A DNA stretch of 64,000 nucleotides from contig OX638154.1 in assembly GCA_951804945.1 (NCBI GenBank), positions 83,080,001 through 83,144,000 of the forward strand. The letters run 5' to 3'. Both the position numbers and the translations under genes were made by a program. The notes under the pieces are model-generated. The model was not told the DNA's origin and did not search any database. It saw only the letters and a program-made list of their open reading frames with translations. Each line of letters opens with the position of its first letter. Position 1 is the stretch's first letter. Shown one piece after another: positions 24,216 to 37,764 of this stretch. This stretch comes from Podarcis cretensis (lineage: Eukaryota).

Positions 24216-27200
24216 GTTTTCCAGCACATAACAACCTCTGCTCAGGCCACTTCCCCTTCTGCCCCCCCCTGCATTTGCCTGAAGTTGCCATCTCACTCTT
24301 CCTAGTGGTAGGGCTCGCCCATCAAGCTGAGCATTAAGTCGTCATCTGCTGATGCTCTATAGAAACTGCCTCTGAATATAGAGGATCCCTGGAGTAAGCA
24401 TCACTATTGATAGATCTATCTTTGGTGAATTTCTCCAAATCTCTTTGTATTAAGTTACCTAAGTCAGCCGTAACCACCACATCCAGCGACAGTAAATTCC
24501 ATTATGTCTTTTGTGGGGGGGAAATAACTTTCTTTCTTGCATTCATATGCACACTGAGTTCATATAGAAATGTGTACGTGTGGAGAAAGAAACACACAAA
24601 TAAGAACTTGTGCCAGATATCTCCTCACGCGAGCAGTGTGACATCAGAGAATATATTCACAAAAGATCACAGAAAGTGCCTCTGTGGAAAGGGGTTTCCG
24701 GTTTCTAGCACATCCTCTTCACGGAAGTAATCACTGTAATTTTACCAGAGTACCTCTTCTGATGTTTCATTGCTCACATGAGTAGATTACTCCAATATAG
24801 TCCAGATGTTTCAAGTTTGAAGAAGGCAAGTATGGAGAACAATTATGATAACTGAAAACAACAGGGTATCAAAATACCCCACACAGTGTAGCAGTTGCTT
24901 AGAACATCAGCTTCCTTCTGTTTGATTACATTATCTTGTTGTTCAATTTAGCTATTAAACCACACAGATTTTATATTATCAGGGTTGCAGTTTGATTAAG
25001 AACTTTGACCAGGTAAGTGTAAGTACATCTGCAAATTAACAAAACCATAATATGTATATGTTCTTTTTGGAGATAGTAAAGAAAGTGTGAGGGTATCATA
25101 GTTACAACTTATAAAAGTTAAGTTACAACTCATAAAAATGAAAGGACATTTAAAAAAAACCCTCCTATTATAACTAAAGCAAATAGTTATTCAGAAAGTA
25201 AACAAGAATGCCCATTACTCACAGCTCTGCTGAGAGGCAGTATATAAATCTTTTAAATGGTAAATGGTAAATAAATAAACTCTAGTGATTAATAAACTCA
25301 AGTGATGGAAATGAGCACCACAGATTAATAATCTAAAGTGTCAGTTGATCTATCTATGGATAAAAATGTACAACCTAACACTTGAAACCCAAAGCAGCAG
25401 AATTTAGTTGCACCTGATTATTATTATTTAAAAAGTATTGGTACTTAAATTGGTTAGCTTGACTAACTTGTTCAGATGGTTTCATTGGGGCTTAGTTGCA
25501 ATGAAATGTAAATAGGCTTGGAACCATTTTGGATGTGAACAAAATTATGATAATGAACATTCTTCAATGGAGAAAATTGTGCTCTGTGATTCAGAATACT
25601 TTCTGCTACCAAGTTTTAAAATGGCTGCACTAAGAGCATTCAATCACAAGTACTTATATGTTTTACATGTTTCTTTTTGATGATAGAAGATGTTTTAAGT
25701 CAAAAATGGCAGGGGGGGGGGAAACATATTTTAAAATACATGTGACCAAAAATAAAATTATAGCAGCATCAAGATTTTACTAGCAATCAAATCTGTGTAT
25801 ACAATGATGTTGTGTTTGACAAGCGTGAGCAAGTTCCTTGTTCTTTTGTTTCACTTTATACTTTAATGCACCTATTATGATAATCTCCCACATGTTGCGG
25901 GTGAGTGGGTGGGGGAATACAAATTTATCCCAAAATTCACAAATACAATACCATAAGCTATCTGCATGAGTTTTAGTTAGATAAATTACTTCTAGTAAGA
26001 GTAGGATCTAGCATTTGCAGACAGTTGCAGCAAATTGAAGTACACGCCGTCATATCTTCTATGAAAAGAGTTCAGGAAGGCTCACTTCAAAGCCAAGGGC
26101 AATCAGAAGAAAACATAAATCAAATAGAACTCTTGAGGGAGAGGGAGAGAAAGAAAGGAGTTACATCAGCTTTCTTGAATATTGTAAGCAGGATATTGCA
26201 GGAGTATGGGAAACTGTAAGAAGCCACAGAGTCAATAACCATAATGCTCAGCTGACCACCACTCAAATCCAGTGTTAAGGACTTCACTGTCCAACACCAG
26301 GAATATCAGAAACTGCAACTGGTAGCCAGGCCATTATTCCATCTAGCTTAGTATTCCAATCCCACCAGGGCACACACCTCACCAGTGATGTTGTCAGGAC
26401 AGAAATTTGATGCAGAAGTTCAAACTAAGTTCTAAATGTGGTTGAAGGCCCTCCCTTGCTCCAAAGTTGGTAACCATATTTTGGATAAAATGTCATAAAT
26501 GGGCAAAAGGCTTGTTCAGCATCTCAGTTTATTAAGCCAAGATATGATCATATGAACACAGCCATTATGTCCTGGAAATGAAGCGAAAAAAATTATTTCT
26601 GCACAGGCAGCTACTGTTCTTGTCCATGACATTTTCCCTCTGTATTTTGCATATTTTTATTGGTGGATTTTGAAAAAGCTTTCTTTCTAAAGGCCATTCA
26701 GAAATTGCTAGTGCCTTGTGCAACTTGGGCTCAAAGTCAAAGAGTTCTAGCAAAGCTGAATTTTTCAGAAGCGACTATCAGTAATTAAAGACAAGTCTTA
26801 TTAAAATTGGGGAATAAAGTCAGCTAAATTAGATCATCATCATCAAGAGCAGAAACTGAACATGCTACCCTTCTGCAAAGACTGAGTATGCCTGATGAAG
26901 ATTGCACTAAACGCCTGCAAATATTTCCAGAGCAGGGGGCAGGGAGTGGGCCCTCAAGGGTGGAAAAAAAAAAAGTCCCTGGTTAGCTGAAACCTTCGTT
27001 CCAGCTCATATTTTTTTCTGAATGTTCAGAATCCCCAATTGTCATAATCTGGGATACAGTTTTAAGGATTCTTTATTTTTCCGCACCATCTGATCCCAGG
27101 CAATCAGCGATTCTGTATGAGTGTGGTGATGCCATAATGTCATGCAGCCTATCAGTCTGGGCGATGTAAAGCATCACTGACGGATGTTACTTGCTGCAGC

Positions 27201-27584
27201 CTAGTGTACTAAAAAAGAGAAGAATGACGTAGTTGCCTCAGCATTTGGGATAACTTTCCTCACTGCTAACATCCACTCTGAGCAAGAGGCACCCAGACAC
27301 AACCAGCATACACTTTTTCTGCTTGCTATTACAGCACCGAAACACATCCCCTGTCAAAATATATAGGCCTGTGCCTCCAAATGGTCTGGTTAATCCACTG
27401 AACGATCTGCCTATGACCTCCTTGCTGTCAGGATGTGATGTTCCTTTATCTCTCTCCTACCTTCACAAGTTTGCTAAACCATCTCTCCACTTCCAGTTTA
27501 TTTGAAACTGACTGGCCACTTCATGCATCTCATAAAGAGTGTCCTTGCCTATGAAAACTCGTGCTGCAATAGATTCATTACAGT

Positions 27585-27975
27585 TATATACCTCCTGTCC
27601 TAAAAAAAAACCCCTCATGGTGGCATACATGGGTTTCCCCAGGGCCAGCCCATCCATGAGACAAGGAGAGGCAAGCTCCTCAGGAGGCAGAATCCATAGG
27701 GGTAGCAGATCCCGATGTAGATCTTTATTCTCTCCTTGTTCCTGTTGTTGATCTTCACTCCCCCCTTCTTCCCTGGCAGGGAGCGGGGCCCATTTTGTCT
27801 TGGGCTGGCCCTGGGTTTCCCCTCCCCATTTTATCCTCACACAGAAACCTGTGCAGTACTTTAGGCTGAGAGATGGTGACTGGCCCAAGATCACCATGTG
27901 AGCATCATGGCTGATTGGTGATTCGAACCCTGGTCTCCCAGGTCTGAGTCTAACACTCTTAACCACTACACCACA
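27585..27975 (-). mobile_element. tRNA/CORE SINE (Squam3/MIR-like), interrupted by a hAT MITE
   Basis: TTAACCACTACACCA (A box, reverse), ATTCGAACC (B box, reverse), GACTGGCCCAAGATCACC core. Confidence 0.8.
27640..27813. mobile_element. hAT MITE nested in a CORE-type SINE
   Basis: TIR CAGGGCCAGCCCA...TGGGCTGGCCCTG; perfect 8-bp TSD GGTTTCCC. Confidence 0.9.
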
Positions 27976-28614
27976 TTAACCTTTCTGCACTGCTCCAATA
28001 AACTACTATAAAATAGAGCCACTGAGCAATATCCACTAAGATTCTTCACAAATGAAAGACATGATTCATAGTTGCTGGAGGCTACTCTACTGTGTTTGCT
28101 TTCCTTCATCAGGCTAGTATTACCACCATTCAAGGAATGGTGCCAATCCAGTAGTGTGCTCCAAGTTTTTCTCAAGGTTAAGCAAAGGTTAGGTTCAATT
28201 TCAGCTCTTCTGATCCTAGTTTTGGTTTAATGGTCCAGGCTTGTTTGTTTCTTCTTAAGATTTATATACTGCTGTTTATACGCTAAGGTCACAGGGAAGA
28301 TTACAGAGATCCATCAACGCCAGGCACAGTCTTAATGCTACAATATCAAAAGTCAGTGTACAAGTTTCTCAATCTGTTAAAAATAAATACATACATACAT
28401 ACATACATACATACTATTTTAGCGGTAGCAACTCGGTGTGCTGTGGCTGTGAAGAACTGTATTTTCATTTTTTTATGGTTTTTTGTGTTTTAACATTGGA
28501 CACCACCCTGATGTGTGTACTGATATGACAATACAGAAATAAATAAATAAATAAATAAATAAATAAATGTATTATTTGCCCTGACAGGATCACTGGAGAT
28601 CATTAGGAAAGCTA

Positions 28615-29250
28615 GAAAATGCACAAGTATTGTGCCGTTATATAAATCTATGGTTCAACACATTTGGAATATAGCATGCCTTTCTAGTTGCTCCCTCTCA
28701 ACACAAATGAAATTTGCACAGATAAGGTCAACTGGAATGATCATGGCCTTGGGGGCTCTGTCTGATAAAAGGCCAAAGCATCCGGGGCTTTCTAGTTCAG
28801 TGAGGAAAGATGAGTGATAGAGAGGTGTTAGCAAGATAAAAAAAAGTTCATAAACCATGTGGCAACAGATACATTTTCTTCCCTCTCTCACTATTATAGA
28901 CAAAGGGTCATCCAGTGAAGCCGAGGTTAGCATTATACTCAGCAGTGCTAAGAAACCAAAGCAATTCCTCACACAACACCTAATTAACCTTTTTGAAACT
29001 CAGTACCAGAAGATGCGAGACTGACCACCAATTTAGAAGGTTTTAAATACAAGTAGACAGAATCAAGGAAGATAAGTATATGAACACATCATGAGAGGCA
29101 AATAGGAGCAAATAAGAGGCAGTGTATATCTGTGAGCGCCAGATGCTGCAGAGCAACCAGCAAGCATCTGCCTGGCCTCTGGTGAAAGCAGAACATTGGA
29201 AATAGATGGTCCTTTGATCTGATCCAGCAAGGCAAATCTTAAACATTCCT
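28615..29250 (+). mobile_element. Old CR1 LINE 3' fragment
   Basis: TATAAATCTATGGTT..CATTTGGAATA (LYKSMV..HLEY) and degenerate CR1 3' end ...GATCCAGCAAGGC..TCTTA. Confidence 0.7.
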
Positions 29251-30369
29251 ATGAAGATTCCTTACAGAGCAAAGGCTGCAGCTGCAGCTCTTGAGGAACA
29301 TATTTGTGCAGGACCATAATGAACTTTCTCATCTGATCTAACATCTGCAGAACAATTCCAGGATGCCGCAGATAGGGAGATCCGATTACAAGCGCCTGTG
29401 GGTTTCTTGACTATATGCCTGGTAACACAAGCATCGCCATGCAGAGTATAAGTAATTGGGACATAAATATAATTTCTCTGTTCCATAACCAAAACCACCT
29501 TGTCCCACCTCCCTGATGAGCGTTTTCCACAAAGTCCTTTGTTTCCTAATTGGATTGGTAATTTCAGATGCTCTGTGCCCCATCGTCAACTCATTTGGAA
29601 CATGCATATTCCCATCAAAGTAAAGAAAAGGCTATCTGTGTGGGGTTTTTTGAGAATCACGGCTTTCATGGAAGATTGCCTGATCCCATTATTGAAAATC
29701 AAGAGCAAAATGTACACAGAGATCCGTGTCAAAAGCAGGAGTGAAGGCAGCAGTTGATTTATATACATTTAAACCCACAAACTGTATTTGTAACCCTTTT
29801 TATTTATAGACACAGCTCGCCATTAAAGCAACCAGCTATTATTTCCATATGTCCATGAAGAGAAATTTTACAAATGAAAATAATCTGAGCATAGCTCAAC
29901 TGTTTTTCCATGACTAACCATGATGATGCTACAGAAGATGGCTTTAAATGCTTTCTTTGTTCGGTTGCCCCCCTACCCTTGAACAGTTACATTTCTAGAT
30001 GGACTCAAGTTGTAAACTAATATTGAGCTTCTTGTCGAGGCCAGACTCCCCCCCCCCCCGTCAGGGTTTTTTTATGGGCCTAATGGGATTAAACTTGGGT
30101 ATCCCATATCGCCCATGAAAAAGATCAACCTACATTTTACTCAAAGCCTGACATTTGTTTTAATATGAGTCATTTTTTTTTAAAAAAGGATTGCTTAAAA
30201 TATAACACACTATCCAATCTTTCACCCCACATTCCTCCTGCCTCAAAATGACAAATCAAGGATCCTAATGTTAATTCTGAAGTGTTAATTCAGAGCTATT
30301 TCCCCCTTCTCAAGGCTGTGAGAGCTTGCTATGATTCTGCCGGACTGAAAAGCTACAGAATGCAACACT

Positions 30370-30730
30370 GCCTGGAGAATTCAGTTTCCTAATAATTCCA
30401 GCCTTTATGGGTGTATGCCACATTTTGGAACTATGCAGGCCTCCTAAGGTGGTTCACATCATTAAAAAAATAAAATAAAATCCAACATAAATCATGCAGT
30501 ACAGTATGCAATAAAACAAACCAAGTCACTTTAAATTCTGCATCATATGCATCATGAGATAAGGTTAGCAAGGGCAGGCTGCAAGCCCCACCATCAACTT
30601 AAACCAAGGACCTGAGAGAACAGATACATTTTTAACTCATGCCGGAAACCCATTGGGACGGGTGCAGGCTAGATCTGTGAAGGAAGGGCACCCCACAGTG
30701 TGGGCGCCTCTGTTGAGAAGGGCATTAGGA
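30370..30730 (-). mobile_element. Old L2 3' fragment
   Basis: Reverse L2 3' end/ORF end pattern (AAGGACCTGAGAGAACAGATACATTTT...GAGAAGGGC). Confidence 0.45.
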
Positions 30731-32927
30731 ACAGCATCGTGTGTTACCTTGAGCTCATTGGAGGAGAGTGTGGTTGGCATGGCATTGGCCCTTGCCATGC
30801 TCACACATCACCTCTTTCAAAGGAGAGAGAGGCTACAGAATGCATTACGGAAAATATTAACAACAGCTGAATTGTGTAAAATAGGAGAAATCATGGAAAT
30901 TTGTTTAATGATATATGATGGAGCAGGTTTTTCTTGCTCAAGCACTAAGGTTTATGCATTCTGACTTATGTATTTTAAAGCATGAAGTACACAGAGCTAT
31001 TACTATTGCACATAGAACATGCAATAGTGCATGTTATGTTCACCGTTGTGTACAGAGTAGCCTTGGGATAAAGAAGCCCAAATAAATCACACTGATTTTT
31101 TTAAGACTGAGACCACAACTTTGTACTAATTTGTCTGAGTGTAACCTCATAAGATTGGGCTTAATTTCAAGTAAACTTGTGGACTTAAACTTACTTCTGA
31201 GTAAATGTTAAAAGAAACAGGCTACAGAGCTTATATCTGGAGGACTTTGACCCTGATGGATGGTCGCATATTCACAGCTTCAGCCAACAGATCCAACATC
31301 AGGGGTGATGGCAATTTTAAAAAAATAAACTGCAAACTGATACAGAAATGAGAAGCTTGGAGAAATCAAAATCAACGGAGTCATTCATCCCTAATGTGAT
31401 ACCTAATTTGTCCATCCCTGAGCTTGGGATGGTTGTGTGGGGTATAACTGTGAAATACCAAGATGGAAAAGTATATTAGGACCAAGACATTATCAATATA
31501 CATTGATAATATACAATATACATTAGGCTTTAGAAATTTTTGTAAACAAGAGAAGAAGAAATGAAAAAAGGCAGGTCTGTACACCAAAAGTTGTTGACAA
31601 TTGCCTGACCGGTAAAATTGCCATAGTAATTCTTATATTCCATAGATCTAGACTTCTAGCAGACATAGTCAGTGTCTATGCAGACTTATGAGAAGTTTAA
31701 AACAAAATATTTCAGGTGTCTCATATATACCAGAGGTAATAACTAGTACTAGCCGGAGTTTTGTAGAACAGGGCCCCAAAGAAAACAGAGGAATTACCCC
31801 AGAGAGTGGCATTAACATCCTAAATATACATACAGTTGAAAAGCTATTTTCATTACAATATTTATACTGGAAAGTGCAACTAATAGGACCAATATGCTTG
31901 GGATTAAGCATTTTATGCAACTGAAGATACTTTTCAGTACCCATGAGAATCTACTGGAACATTTAAAATAGCCACCATTAGAAATACTGTACACACACAC
32001 TGTGGGAAGGCAGATTTTACCTTCATTTTGAAGGGTGAAAACATACACCACTTACCAAGAGGTAGATTATGAGAGAGTGCACATAACCAAGCCTATCTAT
32101 TATGAGGAGAATTTCACTCCTCCTGCCTCTCCAGAATTTGCATCAATTGGGTGGGTGTGGTGTAATTCTCCTCTGTTTTACAGTTATTGCAGATTGGTTT
32201 ACCAAGTTATTACACTGTGAGAAAATACCATTTGGTAAATAGTCATCTCTAAACTACATAAACATGCAGGCACCCCAAACTGTGAGAAGTATTTCTTTAA
32301 TAATAGAATTTCTTCAAAAATATACACAGTCCAAAAGAAAATTCACATACTCAAAGGCGGTTACTGAAAACATCAACACTGAGCTTGATGCAGATTGATA
32401 TAGATCTGTGGAATAAGCCAAATAATCAACAAGCCAATCTGTGCATAGATCTGTACTGTACTTATGAGGCAGTGCAAAGGCTGCCTCTTTCTTACTTAAA
32501 CATTTTACAATTGCTTAGAACTGTGAATACCTCCACTGTGGCTGTGTGCTGTTGTTGCTCTAAAATGCTCCCAGGAAGCAAGTTCTCTTTGGAAATGGAA
32601 TGATGGATTATCTAAGTTTGTAGGCGTATAAAAAGCTTGAGGTGTTAATGACAAGCACATAACAAGGCTAGATATGTTACTTGTTAATGAGCTCTGCTGC
32701 TTCAACAAATGATGTAGCAATTTACCTAATACAGTAGTCCTCAACCTTTCGTGACCCAAACATGCATTTGGGGACCTATTTCTTATTTGATTTTTTTAAT
32801 CTCTTATTTGTATGGTAGTAGTGCTACCTGCCTTAGATCAGGTTGTGATCCAGCAGCTGAAGGCAAATAATAATGTGCAAAGGAATTAAAGGAATTGTAG
32901 GAAGGTGTGTATGAGAAGGAGGATTTG

Positions 32928-33640
32928 CATGGTGAGTTCCCGCCTCCCACCAGTAGAAATAAAGACACAAGACACCATTATTTAGGTTAATGGGCTAAAA
33001 TTGGCCACAACTTTATTGGTTAGAGGTAATGAGCGGTATTGGCTTAGACATTGGTGCTAATAAACTTCAGTCTGTCTGCCTGAAGGCCGGGAAGGGTTAA
33101 CACCAACAGGGGGAGTCCTGCTGATGCACATCAACTAGGAACTCCCCCAGGGTCACCGCTTGGGCCCTGACCTCCAAAGGCTTCGGACGGGGCAATGCCC
33201 CCCGAAATCCTTTACCGGACTACCCTTGAGTAACTGGGGGAGGTGATGGTGCTCCTCCCCCCATTCATCTACATAACAATACCCCATCCAATGCCTAACC
33301 GCCAAACCGAAGAAGTTGTAACGATTTGCTACGAGGTAGGCGAAAAAACCAAATGGCTGGTGCCAATTTGCCAAGTGGAAAATTCCTACCAGGCCCCTTA
33401 ACGGCAACCAACCGAAGTCCATAGCAAGGTCAAAGTAGAAACCTTGAAGGGTGGTTGGGTGGGAAATTCCCCGGCTGATCAGCGGCAAAGAGGAAGCTCC
33501 TCTGCCGCGCTTGTCTTAAATGCTGCAAGCCACACACCCCTGAGCCAGCCAATTGGCAGGGGATTCCCCTGATCGCGCGGGGCTGGGAGCCAGCCTCCGC
33601 GCGCATGTTGGGGGCATGAAGCCCGCAACACCACCTCCTC
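32928..33640 (-). mobile_element. DIRS/Ngaro-like retroelement terminal-repeat remnant
   Basis: Minus strand carries AATAAAGTTGTGGCC followed by GTGTCTTGTGTCTTTATTTC end; GC-rich promoter-like 5' part; shares AAGTTGT(A/G)ACGA(T/A)TTGCTACG with 47.7-48.1 kb. Family assignment from recall, not search. Confidence 0.65.
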
Positions 33641-33749
33641 CTGAGGTCAGAAGTGGCTATCCAGAAACATGGAAATGGATCAAATGGAATTGCTGAGGAT
33701 ATGTATGCAGGAGAAAGATGATAAGCAAGAGGTTGGATGGATGCTTTAG

Positions 33750-33828
33750 TTGATATTCCTGCAATGCAGGGGTTGGGCTAAATAAAACTCGGGGTCCCTT
33801 TCAACTCTACAGTTCTATGATTTTATGA
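33750..33828 (+). mobile_element. CR1-type 3' tail (SINE/CR1)
   Basis: TTCCTGCAATGCAGGGGTTGG..GGTCCCTTTCAACTCTACAGTTCTATGATTTTATGA. Confidence 0.75.
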
Positions 33829-34478
33829 CGCCTATCTGAACTGGGGTTTGTTTGTTTGTTACTTGAATCTTAAAGAAACAATGCAGGTGTTCCTAGGTAA
33901 GAAAACGAAATGAAAGCTGTTTACCAGGGGCCCCTGAAGTGACATGTCACAGCCAAGACCTTTTCTTGTGCAGGCAAGCATCCGTGCCCCGATTTCTCTG
34001 GATGAGTGAGGACCATGCATATTCCTGAGAGCCAGTCACTCAGCTTGGCTCTCATCCATGTCACCTGGGAGATGCCACTTCAAACTGAAGAAGATATAAA
34101 AATGGTCCGTGAACAAACAGAATGGGGGGGGGGGAGAGAGTTCCTAACTAGACTTCTGTGACAGCCATTCTCCTGTGTGCCAGAATGATGATTATTTACA
34201 CAATGAGGCAACGCTTTCTGCCTGCTGAATGGCAGCCTGCTTTTCTATTCACCACGACAAGGCAACTCTGAAAGGAGCCAGGCATTACGCAGCTAATGTA
34301 AAGCCTTTAGGATCCTATTGAACTCCCAAGACAAGAGGTTTTGTCTTGAATTGCGTTTTCAGAAATTGGATAATGAGATTAAGAAAATGGGGAGAGTATT
34401 ATTTAAAAGCAAGTGCTTCTGCTAGATACACTGTTGGTTGCCTGCTGTAATTATAACTAAGAAGTATTTCTCCACTCC

Positions 34479-34617
34479 CAGTTTTTTCAAACTTGGGCCC
34501 CCAGCTCTCGTTGGACTACAACTCCCATCATCCCTCGCTCACAGGACCAGTGGTCAGGGATGATGGGAGTTGTAGTCCAACAACAGCTGGGGGGGGTCCA
34601 AAGTCTGAGAAACACTG
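34479..34617. mobile_element. hAT MITE
   Basis: CAGTTTTTTCAAAC...GTCTGAGAAACACTG; same internal palindrome as 18951-19073. Confidence 0.85.
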
Positions 34618-34977
34618 AGAGGGTGTCTTCAAACATGATGTAATGCCCACATAGGAATCACCGTCATATGAAAAGGGGATTAAGTCTTCCTGTAGATCAG
34701 GGGCTGAGCACTTTTTCCAGCTTGAGGGCCACATTCGCACCTGGGTAACTTTGCAAGGGCCGTTTTCCAGTGGCAGGTGGGGCAAGAGGCAAAAGTCAGT
34801 GGAATATAAATATTAACTTTGTACAATATGCTAGTTTTTTACACACAATCACACAGCCCTCTCTGTCCTCTATCCAGATAACCGAAAGGCTGTGTAAATC
34901 AGTCTTGAATGTCACAGGTAAGATAACATCATATACATTACAATGAGTAAGTTGAGATTCCTGCAGGGGGTTGGACT

Positions 34978-35109
34978 CAGTGTTTCCCAACTTTTGGTCT
35001 CCATTTGTTTTCAGACTACAATTCTCATAATCCGTGACCACTGGTCTTGCTAGGGATGATGGGAGTTGTAGTCCAAAAACAGCTGGAGATTCAAGGTTAG
35101 GAAACACTG
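34978..35109. mobile_element. hAT MITE inserted in a CR1-type tail (34955-35167)
   Basis: CAGTGTTTCC...GGAAACACTG TIR splitting GGGGGTTGGACT|AGATGACC...TTCTATGATTCTA. Confidence 0.85.
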
Positions 35110-37680
35110 GACTAGATGACCCCTATGGTCCCTTCTAACTCAACAATTTTGTGGTTCTATGATTCTAATATTGACAGTTCACGAAAGTCTATATTCGTAT
35201 TGAATTTTGTGAATGCTTAAAAACTCAGAGGTATGTCAGTGAATAGTGACAATCATTTTAAATGTGTGGGGGTTATTGGTTTGTTGTTGTTGTTACTTTT
35301 ATTATGTATATTGTAGTTTTATGTTGCTGACCTCCCTGAGATCTGCAGATGAAGAGCAGTATACAAATTTAATAAATCATCATCATTTAAATGGGATTAT
35401 CATAAATTACTGGTGCATGTCCCGAATGTGGGGAAACATATCTAGTGTTGGACACAGTGAAATTCATCTGGCATAATCAAAATTCACATGTGAATGTCAC
35501 ATTCACTAATTTTTTTGGCACCAACTAACACAAACAGGAAAAAAAAAAAACCACACCTGCAAGTGGAGCTCAGAGCAATGCTCATTTTCAAAAGTATATA
35601 TTTAAGATCCTTGGTATTCAGAAGCATATTGCTTCTAAGTAGGGTCTGACAGCAAGATGTCCCAGAAACTTTGAAGCAATGGAAAGATCAGATAAGTGTT
35701 AATCCGTGCAGTTTCCTACTGGCTCTGATATCTTCTTTGAGCACATCCCAATAATACCTTCAGCCAAGTGACTAACATCCATCATGTGCAGCTAACTCTC
35801 ACATACCCCCTTCCAAGAACAAGAAAATGAGAAACAGGCTTTTGACTGGAATGTGTGTTTGGGTGCTATTATTGCTGGCCCAAGGCATTCTGCTGCCTGC
35901 AGCCAAGCCCCTCCCTGCCCCCAAATAACAAGGGCCAATGCTTGTAAAAGTATTGCTGCACTATTCAAACACATCCTACTTTTATCTGCTCGCTTTCCCC
36001 AGCCAAGTGTTTCCTGAAGCAGATTGTATCACCTACCTGCTGACCCTCAGCACTATTAAAGTAAAATGTGGTTTGTAAACTGGGGAGACCAGGGGGGAAT
36101 TGGCCTCGCATGTGATATTTGGATTTTATTGTGGCTTGTGGGTCTTCAGATTTGGGTTGAGGGACTAAAACATAGGAAGACAGAGAGCTGTCTTAGACTG
36201 AGCAAGAGGCATGCGGTATTATCTACGTTGATTGGAAGCTGCTATCCAGGTTTCAGACTGTGCATTCCCAGTGCTACCTGAAGATGTGGGGTAGAACCTG
36301 GGACATTCTGAATGCAAAGCAGATGATGTACCACTGAGAAGAAGCAGCCTCCCCCCACAATAGACCCTTCCCTTCAAAAGTTGCAATGAAGATTTCTTCG
36401 GTTTGCTTGGTCACAAGCACGTGCATGCTATTGCAGTTTGACAACACAAATCTGATGCAACATGAATGCTCAAGGCTAGCTGTGCAAGTGGTTCACAATC
36501 CCTACAACCAATGCAGGTTTTAGGTACAAAATAGATGGAAAATGACTGGCCAAAGCAAAAATTCAGTTTTTATTTCTAAACCCAACTTCAAAACAGGAAA
36601 TGAGTGCATTGCCTATTTCCATTTCTTCAGTCTGATATTTGGGTCTGTACTGCCTTTGAAGGAAACTATATCTTAAGCAAGGTTCATTTCTCTTCATTAA
36701 TTAAATTATAGGAATCTGTGAGACGGTGCCCTTTCGTTCCTTGTGCCTGATCATATGTAAACAAGGTTTTGACAGCTAAAGTTTATCTTTCTCTTACAGA
36801 ATCAAACTGTCTCTACAACTTAACAACCACCCAAAATGAAATAAATACATCAGTATGATAATTGAAAGGGATTTTTGGAATAACCACTGGGTTCCTACCT
36901 AGGTAGTGAATCATGTGATGGCTATTAAGGGGAAACAAATTATTTCCAAAGTAGCTTTTGTACTTGCCACGTACATGTTTTGCTTTGTTTTTCTAAAATA
37001 AGCAGTATCATTGCAATGGTTAATTCATTTGCCAACAGACCATAAGGGTTCAAGGCAAAAGCAATGTTGCACCCAGGTCAGGAGAAGCAGGCAATGTACG
37101 TGGTGCTAGCAGATGGATGTGTGCTGCTGCATTCATACATGCAGAGGCAAAACTTGAAGGGAGTCTATTCTTTAAGCCCACTCCACCCTCACTCAGATTT
37201 AGGATAAAATTAACCAGTTTCTTCAGGGCTGAGTAGGAATTTTGGCCTGCTCACCAACTGGCCTAAAAGCAAACTTGGAAATACATACTCGGGTGAAGAA
37301 CAAAGGGATTTTGAAGCCAAAATGAGTTCGGATAAGACTAGTAAAATTCTTGGAGGGAGAGTATACACACACACACACACACACACACTAAAATGAGTTA
37401 TTGTTCCATTTCGAGTCAAGAAACATAGAGAGTAAACGCCACTGAGTAAAGCAATGCTTACTTCTCAGTAAACATGTGTGAGACTTGACTAAAGAGTCCT
37501 TTGCCAATAAAATATCACCCTCCCATGATCACGGTAAACTTACTACACTGTACAGATGTCTACATCCTCAAGATAATTGTTATTTAATGTTCATTTTCCT
37601 CTGGCTGGACAGTGTTTTTTTTTTAAAAAACATAGGTATGTGACCTGTCCAAAGTTGCTGAGCAATATTTGAAGCATGGC

Positions 37681-37764
37681 AGCACAATTCTAACCATGTC
37701 TACTCAGAAGTAAGTGCCACTCAATGGTGCTTATTCCCAGGTAAGTTGGCACAGGACTGAAGCC
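37681..37764. mobile_element. ~85-bp imperfect-palindrome dispersed element (representative copy)
   Basis: CATGTCTACTCAGAAGTAAGT..CAATGG.GCTTA.TCCCAGGTAAGT; related copies near 1432, 3921, 10012, 13752, 16811, 17300, 22330, 37425, 55075. Confidence 0.7.

Noticed and set aside
36780-36850. Strong plus-strand acceptors followed closely by AATAAA (also 52350-52385)
   Set aside because: Isolated signals that are common in AT-rich DNA; no independent support for terminal exons.
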